A stretch of 64,000 nt of DNA from the human T2T-CHM13v2.0 reference genome, Homo sapiens, in the NCBI RefSeq assembly GCF_009914755.1, contig NC_060928.1. The stretch is one strand, 5' to 3'. The position numbers and the translations under genes were made by a program. The notes below the pieces were generated by a model that was not told the DNA's origin, ran no database searches, and saw only the letters and a list, made by a program, of their open reading frames with translations. Below are positions 17,460-33,719 of this stretch, in pieces (positions within the stretch are counted from its first letter, which is position 1; the number at the start of each line of letters is the position of its first letter).

Positions 17460-19259
17460 CACCACATTGAATTTCCCATTCCCCTATTCTTTAATTATAG
17501 GTTTTATTAACTCATTCAGGGATGGTTATATATTGAAACAAAGTCAGCTTGTAGGGGGTACTTGCTTTCTGTACCTCACCAGTTATTTGGTTAACTCACC
17601 ATCGGAATGAAAACATGTAGGTGAAAAGAGTTTGCCAGCTTAAAAGTTGCCATGTAGATTAGAATTAAATGTCTTTCTAAAGACCCTTTTACTTAGCTAG
17701 CTGAATTTAGTATCTCTTATAGTACATCTGAGGAAACTGATTAACTGTGTAAGTTTGTAGGCCAGAACCAGAAGTATCTCCTATCGTGGGTCTGGCACAG
17801 TGCCTGGCATATAGTAGTCATTAAATATTTGTCTAATAAATTAGTTTACTGAACATCAAAGGTAAGAGGGCTTCTTTTGGTATTATTTGAAGCACTTCCA
17901 AATGTTCAGAACTTATATGATCTACTTCATGGATAGGGCTTTATACATGTTAATCACTAGCCAAGTCAGATTTCATGCCAGTGTCCTAGTCTAAATGCAT
18001 TAAAAAGCCACCTTAATGTATTGAAGTGCCTGGGACTTTTGCTTCTCTTTCAGATCTCTGTTTAAGTTGAGGCCAATGTTTTAGCATCAACCAAAAACCA
18101 TTTTCTTTGCCCTTTCCCTTTGTGTATACGGGTATATAAATGATGATCTGTAAAATAGCCAACACATATTTCAACATCTGCCTACCAGATCTGTGTGCAC
18201 CCTCCTGGTCATTTAGTTTGAGGTTGGGTAAGGTGGAGCATTGCAGGAGAGTCAACAGTAGGGCTGACAATGTCTTGTTTCTAAAGTGCTGGGATACTTT
18301 AATCTTCTTTCTTCCTTTGATGTCTGAGATTTTCTTCTTTATGCAATGACACTGGGACTAAATGCAACACCAGGAAACTATTTTCCAGTGAAGGGTGTGT
18401 GTTACAAACACCTGCAGAGCTCATAGTACCAGGTGACTTGAATTACTCACACATTTCTAGATCTCTTCTCTGTGGGTGGGTGGCTATTTTGATTCTGTTT
18501 TACCTTGGGTAAAAATATAACAGTTCTGGTCACACTGGTATGATTTTTATTTATCTTCTGCCCATACATCAAATAAAAGCATAAAGAATGATGTCTGGCT
18601 TTAAGCAAGAGAGAATATTTTGTAGTCAAAGTCACTGACTGAGAGGCAGAATTTTAAGTTCAAGTCCTGACTCTACCATCAATTCAGATGTAGCTTTACA
18701 CATATCACTTAACATTTGTGGGCTTCTGTTTTCTTATATATGGAATGAAGGAAATCAGCTTTAAATAGTCAGTTTTGGGTTTTTATTGAACAAGTTATCT
18801 CTTGCAATTAGTGAAAAACTTACCATAGCCCTGGATCTATTCTATTTTTCATTAATCTATTTTTCTTTTGCATCACAGAAATAGTATGGCATGACCTCTT
18901 TTTGTTGTGTCTATCTATTAGGACCAAACCAAACACCTAGACAGAACATTTGTTAAATATGAAATAGCATCAACACTGTTAACACAGCCCAGCATTATTA
19001 AAAAAATTATAATAATAATGAATATTGACTGTTTCCTCTGTGCCATGCTCTATGTTAAGAGCTTTACAGGCAATGACTGCTGTGTGAAGGCTTCTGGAGA
19101 GTGTAAAACATGTCTTGCATTGTACAACTTTCACAATTCAGTTACAAACTGGAATGTCAAGAAGGTCTCAGTAGATACATATGTTTTGCAAAAATGTTTT
19201 AGGTAAGGAAGGATTTCTTTAGAGGTCTTCAAGAAATATTCTAAATGCTACTTTATTTC

Positions 19260-19820
19260 TTTTTAACAACAGTCTTTCCCATCCCAGTAAATGGAAAGTC
19301 TACAAAAGCACTTGCTCAGACCAAAAACCTTGGAGCAATTCTAATTTCCCTTCTCACTCCCAACTTTAAGTCCATTAGCAAATTTGGTCAGTTCTATCTT
19401 CAAAGTGTTTTTAGAATCCAGCCTCTTCTGAATGTGTGCATTGCTGCCACTCTATTCCAAGATATCCACCCTGCCCCTCTATCCCAGCATTCTCCACACC
19501 ATATTCTCAACACAGCAGCCCTACTGCACCTGTGGAAAAGGAAATCTCATCATGTCAGTTCACTTGCTGAAAACTATCTACTGGTTTTGCATCTCACTCA
19601 GCGTGAACACCCAAGCCCCTTCTTTCTGCTAGTGCTTCTAGGTTCTTTCTTACTACTTGTCCTTGGCTTACCCTGCTCCAGCCATGTTCATCTTCCCGCC
19701 GTTATTCCCACATGCCAGCATCCTTGGGCTGAGGGCTGAGCACAAGTTCTCTGTCTTTTAGTCCCCAAAGATTCTTACTCCAATTATTATTTCTTGTAAA
19801 AGTTTACCTCACTACCTGAA
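19260..19820 (+). mobile_element. L2 fragment
   Basis: CCCAGTAAATGG...CAGACCAAAAACCTTGGAG...TCCATTAGCAAAT L2 3' motifs; the overlapping 164-aa ORF is incidental. Confidence 0.65.
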
Positions 19821-19829
19821 TTATTACTT

Positions 19830-20200
19830 TAAATTATTTAGCACTTTAAATTATAATATGCATATAAAAGTACATAATCCATAAGTGTACACATTGCTAA
19901 ATTTTCCACGAAGTTAACACATCCATGAAACCATAACTTGAGTACAGAAATAAAACACTGATAGTCCCTCCAGAAACCTCCTTTGTGCTTCCTCCCATAT
20001 ATTACCAGCCCCGCAAGTCTACCATATTCTGACTTTTATTATCATTCTACTAGTTGGGTTGTTTTGAAATGTATATGGATTTTTTTTTTACCCAGTATCA
20101 TGTTTTTGATTCACCCATGTTGTTGCCTGTAAATATAATTATTTATTTTTATTGACACACTTTTTTCAGTGTACAAACATATCAAATTTACCTGCCTCTT
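19830..20200 (-). mobile_element. L1ME-type 3'UTR fragment
   Basis: AAAGTACATAATCCATAAGTGTACA...CCCTCCAGAAACCTCC...CATGTTGTTGCCTGTA. Confidence 0.55.
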
Positions 20201-20301
20201 GTGACACCAAAAATAAATGCACACCCATGTTTAATCAAAAGATATAGATACACATATAAAATATATGTATATCTCTATATATATGTAAAAGAGAGAAAGA
20301 G

Positions 20302-20760
20302 TGGGAAGGCAAATTCATACAACCTCTATGGAAAATAGTATGAAGATTTCTCAAAAAACAACAACAACAAAAGAACTACCATGCAATCCAGCAATCCCAC
20401 TATTGGGTATTTATTTAAAGGAAAAGAAATCGATATATCAAAAGGATACCTACATTCACATGTTTACTGCAGTCCTATTCACAATTGCAAAGATATACAA
20501 TCAACCTAAGCATCCATCAGCGGGTGAATGGATAAAGAGTATGTGGCATATAGACACAATGCAATACTATTCAGCCATAAAAAAGAATGAAACCGTGTCA
20601 TTTGCAGTGGAACTGGAAGCCTTTATGTTAAGTGAAATAAGCAAGACACAGAAAGACAAAATTTGCATATTCCCACTCATACATGAGAGCTAAAAAAGTT
20701 GACCTCATGAAGTAGAAGAATGACAGACACCACAGGCTTAGAACTATATGTGGGTGGCAG
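20302..20760 (+). mobile_element. L1MA-type fragment (ORF2 C-terminus and start of 3'UTR)
   Basis: Track ORF 20301-20693 matches the ORF2 C-terminus (NPAIPLLGIY...YYSAIKKNE). Confidence 0.85.
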
Positions 20761-23494
20761 AGCACTCTTGACAATAAAGGTAAACATGTTAAACTCTAAC
20801 ATTTTATTTTTTTAAAGCAAGTATGCAAAAATGTTAATAGCTCTTAGTTCTAACTGGTGGGAATCAGGGGCTTAATTATTCTTTTTAAATATTTAGTGTT
20901 TTAAAATTTTCTGCAAAATATGGCTCCTAAGAAAGAAAATAATAGATACGTCTACCATTTGGGAAAACATTTGTATTAAATGGAAAGTAATGTAGTCAAT
21001 TTGCTTATTTTGTTAAATGCCATAAAACAGAAACACATATTTGGAAACAACTGCCTGTTTGGTGTGGTATTGACTAAACAACAACAAAACTAAAGAATCT
21101 TAGATTTGGATGTGAGCTTAGCAGTTATTTAACGCAATAAGAATTTTTACTCTGCATTTTGACATGTGGCCATCAAACTTGGCTCCAGTGAGTGGTGAAA
21201 TCATTACCTCAAGGGGCTGTCCATTCCATTTTGAAAATGAATTGCTAAGCTGTTCTTTCCTATAAAAAGTAAAAATCTATTTACCTTTGTATCCTATTCA
21301 ATTTTTATAGTTCTTCCTAGTAGATCAACTCAGAGTATGTCGTAGGCTGTTTTAAGTCCAGAAGTTTTATTTAATGCTGTGATTATATATTAAACTCCAA
21401 AAAGTACCCTCTTGGCTTTAGTTAATTTCCTTATAGAAAAGAACCTATTTTTATTTCAGCTATACTGATATCACCTAGCATGATAGTAGGTATAGCAGAA
21501 CTTTCTTAAGCCATAGAAACTGGCATCTTGAATTTTCCAACTTAAACGAGATGAAGGTTAAGAATCTTCACTGTGCCTTTCTATTTACAACATTTCATAA
21601 TTAATCAAATCCTATCTCCTTCAAAATGATAAGTTATATTGATGCCAAAATTCTTTATTTATATTAAGGTCATGATTTAAAATGAGGGCTACTTCAATGT
21701 CAATACATATTCAGTGAGTCCATAAAGTAAGCAGCCTTCTCAAAAATAAAAATAGCCTCCAAATCTTAAAATATAATGATAATATGTTTAATTTACTGTA
21801 TAGAAATAAAAAACTAGAAGTCATTGGTCAACTACTTCTAGGGAAAGATCTGGGCATTTTCTGATCATCAAACACCTTATCATGAATGGTCAAGAGGCTG
21901 AACTGGGAATCAGGTTTGGTTCACATGGTTAGCTGGTTAGCATGTCAACAGTCTGTTTTTGTTAGTATAAATTCTTCAAAATTTAATCTTTCATCTTCCC
22001 CTCGTATGTTGGTCAACTTGCTTATCAAAAATAATGCAAAACTTAAACAAAGTACTTTCAATGTATTTTTTAGGGACAACATTCTCTTTTATCCATATTT
22101 TTGAATATCTGCTATAGTTGTCTCTGTCTTTTGCAAGTTGCATCTAATTTCCTTCCTTATGTTAGGTTATTTCTTGGTGTTCCTCCTAGGTAACCACGTT
22201 TATTTTGTGGTATTCCCATTTGTGTTTCAACTCCTTGTTCAAATTTTTCTGTAGACACCAGCTGTTAAACTTAAGAACACCAGATGTTAGTTTAAGATTT
22301 GAGATGTTGTTACCGGGGCAACCAGCATTGAGTGCTGGCCCTCCCTATCACTATGTGTTCACTACTCCAGAGTGGGTAATTGGATTTCACCTTTCTCTAT
22401 AGAAATAAAACAGACAAAAATTCACTTACAGCACCAACTTAAAAAGGCAGCTTGCACACCCTTCTGATGTAAACTCTGTTCATACCTTCCCAGCAGTTCT
22501 GCTCTACATAAAAAGAACAAAGTGCTTTTAAAAAATCACAAAGATATGGGGTGGGGAGGGGAGCAAAGAAGGCTTTAACCATTACCACTTGCAGGATCAA
22601 TTCCATTTTGACAGTTTTCAAGGTTACAGATCAGACGTTTCACTCTGTAGATGAAAAGGGAAAGCTTTGAGATTTCCTACTCTTTCCACCCATCACTCAG
22701 AAGCTCAGAGGCTACTGAGAGAATACTTTTTTTCTGTGTCAATTTGAGACAATCTGTGGGATTCAGGATGTTCTCCTTCAGAAGTGGAACACTTTAACCT
22801 CTTTCTGACATTTCAGAATCACAGAATCATAGGACATAGAGCTTATAGATCTTGCAGCACAATCCAATAACTTTCAGGAAACAAACCGTAATACTTAAGC
22901 ATTCAAATTTCTATTCATTTACTTTATAATTCTCGTCAACTTATCTTAAGCTCTTGACTTCTAGTTTTCTTATGGTAAAAAGTCCTGCTGTGCAATGTGG
23001 TGAGGAAAATCCAGGTCTTAGACCAAGTATGAGGACCATCTCTTGCAAATTACTGGACAACCCTCAGTTTCCCACAAATACACAGTGAGTATAATAATAA
23101 CTACTATTTACTATGTCATTGAGTAGTCAAATGAGATAATATGTTATTTAAAGTATGAAATATTTTTAAAAGTTATTATTCTCATTGATTTATATATAAG
23201 CTCTAGAGTAGAAAATAACCTGCAGGATGGAAAGTTGTCTCCTCTCCCAGATGTAGCCAGTGTCACCACTGTGCCCATTACACTTTTGGAAAATGTATTT
23301 AAAAGGCAAGCTATTATCTAAAAGTTCTAGTACTGTGCATATGAACTTCAAAGTTTTGAGTTCTTTTTTTGTTTTGTTTCTTGCTTCAGGTTCATTTTAC
23401 CTGATACAATAGTATTATCACTTCTTTATTTTTTTCATATATACTATCAAAAATTTTATTTTAGCCTAGGAAATAAGAGAGGAAAAAGAGATGA

Positions 23495-23894
<400 letters not shown>

Positions 23895-24592
23895 AGAAAT
23901 GTTCATTTTTATGTGACAGAGAAAAGCAGGTCTTTGGCAGTTCATGCTGTACAGAAAATACCATCAATGTTAAACAGAACGCTTTATCTGTAGGGACTGG
24001 AATGGAAACATTTCTGAATAATGTACAGGGGTTGCCCCATTGTGGACAATGACCTCACACATTCATAATTAATAACATTGCTTTGCTTCAATTGAAGAGA
24101 CTTGAGAATTGTGTAACAGGGCAACTTCACGTCTTCTCAATGGGAATTTGATTTATTCATAAATCAAGTAATAATGAACAAGACATAATGTACTATAATT
24201 TAATGTTAATTATCTTAAAAATAATAAGTTACTGGAAACTGAATGGGCTTTTATTTTTTCTTTTAATGTTATAATGTTATTTCTTATAATGTTTAATGTT
24301 TAATGCCCTCCCAAAAGCTAAAGGCTAAATGGCCCTTTTGCCTCTCTCTTCTTATCCATATTTTTCTACCCCTTCTTTAGAAGTTGGAAAGGTAAAGCAT
24401 CTTTACAGCTAACAATTTCTGAAAATAATGTAATGTAAAGACATTTTGTAAACAGACTCCTTTGCTGGCTCCAATTGCTAGGCCAGGCATTTGGGGCATT
24501 GTAGGATTGGCAGAGGAACAGCCACACCACAGTGTGTCTGTTGGCTAATTGCTTTCCCCCTATGGAATTACACCCAACACACATCAACATTT

Positions 24593-24660
24593 CACCCATG
24601 AATTCACCACAGTCTCCCTTTTCACACCCATGAATTCACCACAGTCTCCCTTTTCACACC
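24593..24660. repeat. Perfect 32-bp tandem duplication
   Basis: CACCCATGAATTCACCACAGTCTCCCTTTTCA twice, plus CACC. Confidence 0.95.
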
Positions 24661-25011
24661 TAACAATACAAAAGAAGAATCAAATTGTTTTCTAGTAAGG
24701 ATCAACAAATACATGATAGGTCATGGAAACCTTTGGCAAAATTGCAGCTAAATCTAGATATACCAACTGGTTTTATTTAACACAATCAGAAACATAAAGA
24801 GAACAAATAAAAAAACCATATCTTGGTACTAAGCTATTTTACCAGAATACTGATAAAAAAAAGAAATCCAACATTTAAGTTATGACATAGTCCAGTAAAG
24901 ATTTGAAGTATATATTACCCTTCTGTCAAGTCCTCTCACGCCCTCCTCCTGCACTCCAGCTTAGAAACAAATCCCTCAGCCCTGCTCCCTGAACTCTTTT
25001 ACCTTTACTGA

Positions 25012-25062
25012 TACATTGATCTCATTTTACCATAGCTACATTGATCTCATTTTACTATGGCT
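25012..25062. repeat. 25-bp tandem duplication
   Basis: TACATTGATCTCATTTTACCATAGC then TACATTGATCTCATTTTACTATGGC. Confidence 0.85.
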
Positions 25063-25244
25063 GTTTAGAATTTCCCTAAGGGTAACTAGGTGTTAACTCA
25101 TCCCTATTTGTAAATCCACCCAAAACAGTTTCTGGTACACAGAAGATCAGTGGATAATTATTGAATACATACAGTAATTCCAAATGCTAATAATAATACA
25201 ATCTAAGAACTAATATAGTCCATATTTGTTAAGATGATTCTCTA

Positions 25245-27020
<1,776 letters not shown>

Positions 27021-27619
27021 AAGATGATTCTCTACTAGCATTTTTTTCCAAGAGTAATAATTCTTTAGAAAATTTAGCTGACCATGTCTATTAAAGTAAA
27101 ATAATTGAGAATTTATTTAGAATTGTCTGCATTTCAAAACTTTTTTTGCAGTTTCTATGACCTACAAAAGAAATGATTGATGGAATGATAATATATTTTA
27201 AAAGTATATTATATATATAGATTATATTACAGGGTCTTGGAATGGACTGCTTTACTCTCTTTATCTTTGTTGGGAGCATTATTAATAATAAAAAAAAGCT
27301 ATCCCAAACTCAAGTATAAATATTAGTCAATCTTTTCTAAAAGGATTAGTCAAAACTAGATGCAAACCCGAGATCTATGAGAATATGCCTGGATTATACA
27401 TTACCCATAATTTACAAGATTCGCACCCATATTCAAGAAACAAGCATGATATTGTCATAATTACTGTCCGTTCATGTTATATCTCCTCCACCCCTTTATA
27501 TATAAATTAAATTATAGTCCTGCTGTACTGAATATATGGTAGGCACTGTGAAGTAAGTCTAAATTTATGGGGGCATGCCAAGCAGTATTTTTGAAGGATA
27601 TAGTTAGTAAAATCTATAT

Positions 27620-27964
<345 letters not shown>

Positions 27965-29119
27965 TCTTAACTAAGCACAGCTGCTTCTACTTTTTGATGT
28001 CCAGTTCAACCAATTGCCCTCATTCCTAATAGATTCAGTTTTCCTAGTGTTATCTCCATTCCTTAGATAAAACAAAATGATAAGAAAGGTTAATATATGA
28101 ATATAAAAGATGAAAGATATTAAATACATATGTGTAAATTTATTTTCTTAAAAATTGATTATATCAAGCAGACAGTATTTTGGAAAACCAAAAATACATG
28201 CTCAATTACTGTATTTTACTTTCTGAAATCATAAGATGTCTAAAAAAAGATTTTATTTGCCTGTATGAGAAAATATTCCAAACATATAAAAGGGTTTTTT
28301 CTGGTAGATTAGGAATGAAATATCCCAAATATCCACATCACCAAAAGCTCATTTTATTAAGCTGTTTTTATGAGCGCCTGATTGCCTTATATAAGTTTAT
28401 GTTTTTGATTGATCTCATTCTTAAGAAATTGGTCTTCCATGCCATTAAGAAATAGTTGGCTTGCTGTACTCAACCCAAGGAAATTACTATTTTCCCTTTC
28501 ATGTAAATATTTTCATTTATCTGGGGAGTCCATTTGAGGCATGCCAAAAATAGGCATGATTCTTCATGCCTATTTTTTCAAATATTGCCTAAGAGGATAT
28601 ACAGATTAAGTGTGATCTAGACTCAAAATTTGTAAACTTCCCATAAGTAACTTCATTTCTGGAACAGAATGGTGTGATTTTAATGGAAATTTCAAAGCTT
28701 TAACTTTTTAAAATATGGAATATAAACAAATCCATAACAATATGTTTGGAAAAATAAAAGATATTGAAAAAAATTATAATTAGCAAAAGTTCACTCCTCG
28801 TTCATTTACTCATTCATTCATGCATTCATTCACCAAATACTTTTTGCCCCTTGTGAAACCTAGTTGCCTTTCCTCCCTTGGGGTGTATAAATACTCAATT
28901 AAGCTTATACACAATGAAGTTCAAGTAATTTTTAAATGCCCTTTCAGAGTTTGTTCAAGATATCAATTTTTAAAACAATTTGCTTAGTGTCATAAAAGCT
29001 GAAATGAGAGTTGCTAACTGTATAAAACTAGTTATGCAAAGAAAGAAAAACTTTGATGTTTAATATCCATTTTATACTAGATATCTAGATATCCTTTTTA
29101 TTATATTTTTTATTGAAGC

Positions 29120-29668
29120 GTGATTCACAATTGCAAAGATAAGGAATCAACCTAAGTATCCATCAGCTGATGTGCAGAGAAAAAATGTTATATATATATA
29201 TATATACACACACACATATATATACATATATACACACATATATAGTAATACTACTATAATAGAATATATATGAGATATGTGATATATATATAAAATATGG
29301 AATACTACTCAGCCATAAAAAAGAACGAAATAATGTCTTTTGCAGCAACTTAATGGAACTGGAGGCTACAATTCTAAGTGAGGTAACTCAGGAATCTAAA
29401 ACCAAATACCACACGTTCTCACTTCTAAGTGGAAGCTAAGCCATGAGTAGACAAAGGCATACAGAGTGGTAGAATGGATACTGGAGACTCAGAAGAGGGG
29501 AGCTGGAAAGTGACTAAAAGATGAAAAACTAACTTTTGGGAACAATGTACACTACCCAGGTGACAGGTGCACTAAAATCCCAGACTTTACCACTGTACAA
29601 TTTATCCATATAACCAAAAACCACTGTACTCCAAAAGCTATTGAAATTAAAAGTTAAAACAAAAAAAG
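29120..29668 (+). mobile_element. L1PB-type 3' fragment with an internal (TA/CA)n microsatellite
   Basis: GGAATACTACTCAGCCATAAAAAAGAACGAAATAATGTC...AAAAGCTATTGAAATTAAAA; STR at 29189-29296. Confidence 0.85.
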
Positions 29669-30636
29669 ATATCCATTTTGTCAACAATAATTTATGTCTC
29701 ACTAAATTTATGTCTCAATAAATATATGGTCAACTAGCTCTAAGACACACTGCCTGAAATTTCAGGATATTTCATATTGTATTTATATTGTTATAAAATA
29801 CATAAATTTTCCCTTGCATTCATTATAACTTAAAACTAGAGAGAATGTTTATAATTGATTAACTAAATTCTCTTTTTCTACCAAGCCAGTCTTAACAATA
29901 ATGAGAAATTAAACTATAAAATCAATGAAGTGGACTGGTTTATATTTTCCCAAATTTCTTCCTTTCTACTGATTATTTTATTCTAATATCATAGGCCTGC
30001 TCTACTTGAGGGAAATAGTAAAATTATATTGTCACTGTATATTTATTATTCATTACAATTATACATATTTAGAAGGGTCCAAGCATTCGCTCTTTCTCTT
30101 CTCTCTTTTTATCTGAAGTTTTCTCTTTCTGCAAGTTAATACATGAAGAGGCTAATTGCTTTTAAATAGGCATCTATTTGTTAGAAGTTTAATATTTTGA
30201 TAAAAGAGAATGCTTATATTAATATTAAATACTAATTTTGGCTTGACAATATTTGTGAAGACTCTTGCCATCTCACCTCCCATTTCTTTGGAAAATCAAA
30301 AGTTAAGAAAATGTCCATGTGTTCTAAAATTGTAATCCGAAATTCACTAAATCTTTTAGAAAAAAGGATTTTGACCCTGCTAAAAAGTTGGTACATGTTG
30401 TGAGTTGTCTCTTTTACAAAATTATTAAAGTTGGAAAACTTTAATATTTAATTATAGTAGCCATGTTTTAACACCATATTAATTTTCCTAAATTTTTAAT
30501 CTTGTTACAATTTTTAAAACCTTGACATTTTCATAAGTGGTTACAGAATTTCAACAAACAACCATATAACAATAAATTTTAAAATGTTTGACCTTAGAAA
30601 ACATTTCAAACTCTTAAATTTGCAGCCGCCAACAGC

Positions 30637-30639
<3 letters not shown>

Positions 30640-30673
<34 letters not shown>
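30640..30673. repeat. (CA)17 microsatellite
   Basis: Read directly. Confidence 0.95.
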
Positions 30674-30675
<2 letters not shown>

Positions 30676-30849
30676 CTGGTAAAAGTCAAAAGTCACAGAC
30701 TTTCTTCGTAAACATGGTTTTATGGTCTTTCTCTTTCTTGTGCTGCTGACATTAACAATTTAGTTACAATCATTTGTAATTCAGACAGGCCAGCAGTCAA
30801 TTATACAGTTAAAAGATCTTGTACTATTTGATTCCTTCCTCCACCACTT

Positions 30850-31015
30850 CAAAACTGTTGACTTTGGGCAAGTTACCGCACCTCTCTGTGCATCTGTAAA
30901 ATCTTACCACTCTGAGTTTTTCTGAGAATGATGTATTATGACATACGCAAAGCACTTAAAACAATATCTGACATTAATAAGTGCCGTAAGTGTTAGCCAC
31001 TACTATTATTATGCT
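30850..31015 (+). mobile_element. MIR
   Basis: TGACTTTGGGCAAGTTAC...CATCTGTAAAA...AAAGCACTTAAAACA. Confidence 0.75.
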
Positions 31016-31094
31016 TGTCATCAGGGCAAAGCTTGAGAACATAAATCCACCGATAATTCTCAAGTCTTAGCTTGTCAAACTATCATTAGTTTTC

Positions 31095-31345
31095 TCACCA
31101 AGCAGTGGACTGGTTTTAACCAGAGGGTTCTGAACTGGACTGGGAAAACAGGACATCTTTATTTTCACTAACTTCTAAGTGTATGTCCTTCAATTGTGAA
31201 TGTACAAAATCCATTACAGTACTATTAGCAGTATCTGTAATGTTGTCAACAGTAGAAATTACAGATTCGTCCATATTTCATTATAGTTATTTATGGATTT
31301 CAAAATATTGTTTTCACTCATCACCATTTAAAAAGTTTGGTAGTT
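31095..31345. mobile_element. hAT-Charlie-type DNA transposon fragment
   Basis: ACATCTTTATTTTCACTAAC...GTACTATTAGCAGTA...GGTAGTTATTA resembles recalled Charlie internal sequence; exact family uncertain. Confidence 0.45.
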
Positions 31346-31562
31346 ATTAATGACATTCTTCCAGAAATAGAAAAAATAAATCCAAAATTTATATGGACCA
31401 CAAAAGACTCAGCCAAAGCAATCCTGAGCACATAGAAAAATGCAACAGAATAGAGAATACAGAAATAAATCCAGGCATTGACAGCCAACTGATTTTCAAT
31501 AAAGGTGCCAAGAACATACATTAAGGAAAGAACAGTCTCTTCAAGAAATGGAGCCAGAAAAA

Positions 31563-31565
<3 letters not shown>

Positions 31566-31631
<66 letters not shown>
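31566..31631. repeat. Perfect (TG)33 microsatellite
   Basis: Read directly. Confidence 0.95.
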
Positions 31632-31636
<5 letters not shown>

Positions 31637-32023
31637 AGAAGAATGAAACTAGATGCCCATCTCTCACCATCTACAAAAATCAAATTAAAATGGATTAAAG
31701 ATTTCAATCTAAGACCTGAAACTATAAACTACTGGAAGAAAACATTGGGGAAACACTCCAAGACATTTGTCTGGGCACAGATTTCTTGAGTAAGACCTCA
31801 AAAGTACAGGTAACCAAAGCAAAACAGATAAATGGGATCACATCAAACTAAAAAGCTTCTGCACAGCAAAGGAAACAATCAACAAAGTGAAGAGATAACA
31901 CGTAGAATAGGATAAAATATTAGCAAACTGCACCTCAGATAAAGGATTAAAACCAGAATATATAAGGAACTCAAACAACTCAATAGAAAAAAAATAAAAT
32001 AAAATAATTGGATTTAAAAAGAG

Positions 32024-32152
32024 GCTACTCAGGAGGCTGAGGTAGGGGAATCGCTTGAAACTGGGAGGCAGAGGGTGCAGTGAGCCAAGATCAAGCCACT
32101 TCACTCCAGCCTGGGCAATATGAACGAAACTGCGTCTCAAAACAAAACAAAA
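32024..32152 (+). mobile_element. Partial Alu right arm (AluSq/Sp-like end) with a (CAAAA)n tail
   Basis: GCTACTCAGGAGGCTGAGG...CGAAACTGCGTCTC. Confidence 0.85.
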
Positions 32153-32441
32153 CCGGGCGCGAGGTTTCACGCTTGTAATCCCAGCACTTTGGGAGGCTGA
32201 GGCGGGCGGATCACTAGGTCAGGAGTTCGAGACCAGCCTGGCCAACACAGTGAAAACCCGTCTCTACTAAAAATACAAAAATTAGCTGGGCGTGGTGGCA
32301 GGCACCTGTAATCCCAGCTACTTGGGAGTCTGAGGCAGGAGAATCGCTTGAACCCTGGAGACGGAGGTTTCAGTGAGCCAAGATCGCACCATTTCACTCC
32401 AGCCTGGGCGACACAGTTAGACTCTGTCTAAAAAAAAAAAA
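32153..32441 (+). mobile_element. AluS (Sg-like)
   Basis: Full dimer; GGATCACTAGGTCAGGAGTTCGAGACCAGCCTGGCCAAC; poly-A. Confidence 0.9.
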
Positions 32442-33102
32442 GAGGCAAAAAATCTTAATACACATTTCTCAAAAGAAGACAGACAAATGGCCAACAGGTA
32501 TATGAAAAAAGCTCAACATTACTAATCATCAGAGAAATGCAAATCAAAACTATAATCAGATATCATCTCACCCCAATTAAAGTGGATTTTATCCAATAGA
32601 CTGGCAATAATGTATGCTGGTGAGGATGTGAAGAGAGAGGAACCCTCATACACTGTTGGTGGGAATATGAATTATTGTAGCCACTATGGAGAACAATTGG
32701 GAGGTGCCTCAAAACCTAAAAATAAAACTATATGATCCAGTAATCCCACTGCTGGGTATATATCCCAGCAGAAAGGAAATCAGTGTATACAAGAGATATT
32801 TGAACTCCCATGTTTATTACAGCACTATTCATAATAGCCAAGATAGGGATTCAACATGTTCAACAATGGATGAATTGATAAAGAAAATGGGGTACATTTC
32901 TATAGCCACCTTATTGTGCTACCAAACACTAGATTTTATTTCTTCTAACTCTATTTTTCATTCTTCTGCATATGTATACCCGGTTTTCCCAGTACCATTC
33001 ATTTGTTGAAGAGACTCTCCTTTCCCCAGAGTATGTTCTTGACAACTTTATTGTAAATGCCTGGATTTATTCCTGTATTCTGTATTATGTTGCATTTTTC
33101 TA

Positions 33103-33213
<111 letters not shown>

Positions 33214-33719
33214 TTATTAATGAAATTAATACAATAGAAGATTATTCAGCCATAAAAATAATTAAATCCTGCTATTGAAAACAACATGGATGGACCTGGA
33301 GGGCACTCTATTAAGTGAAATAAGCCAGACACAGAAAGACAAATATTACATCTTCTTACTCGTATGTGGGAGATTAAAAAATATTGAACTCCTGGAGGTC
33401 GAAAGTAGCATGGTGTTTAACAGAGGCTGAGAAAGGCAGTGGGGAGAGCAGGATAAAGAAGACATGGTTAATGGGTACAAAAATGATGTTTAGACAGAAG
33501 AAATAAGATCTAATGTTTGATAGCACAATAAAGTGGGTATAGTTAACAATAATTTATTGTATTTTTCAAAATAACTAAGAGTGGAATTAGAATGTTCCTA
33601 TCATAAAGAAATGTTGATTTCTTGAGGCGATGGATATCCCAGTAATTCTGAATTGAGCATTATATATTATATGCTTGTATCAAAATATCACATGTGCCCT
33701 ATAATCAAATACTAATATA

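Noticed and set aside
24593-24660. Short direct repeats as a possible CRISPR-like array
   Set aside because: There are only two adjacent copies with no spacers, in a primate context. It is a simple slippage duplication.
28546-28578. Hairpin followed by a T-run as an intrinsic terminator
   Set aside because: This is eukaryotic non-coding DNA and the T-run is part of the palindrome arm.
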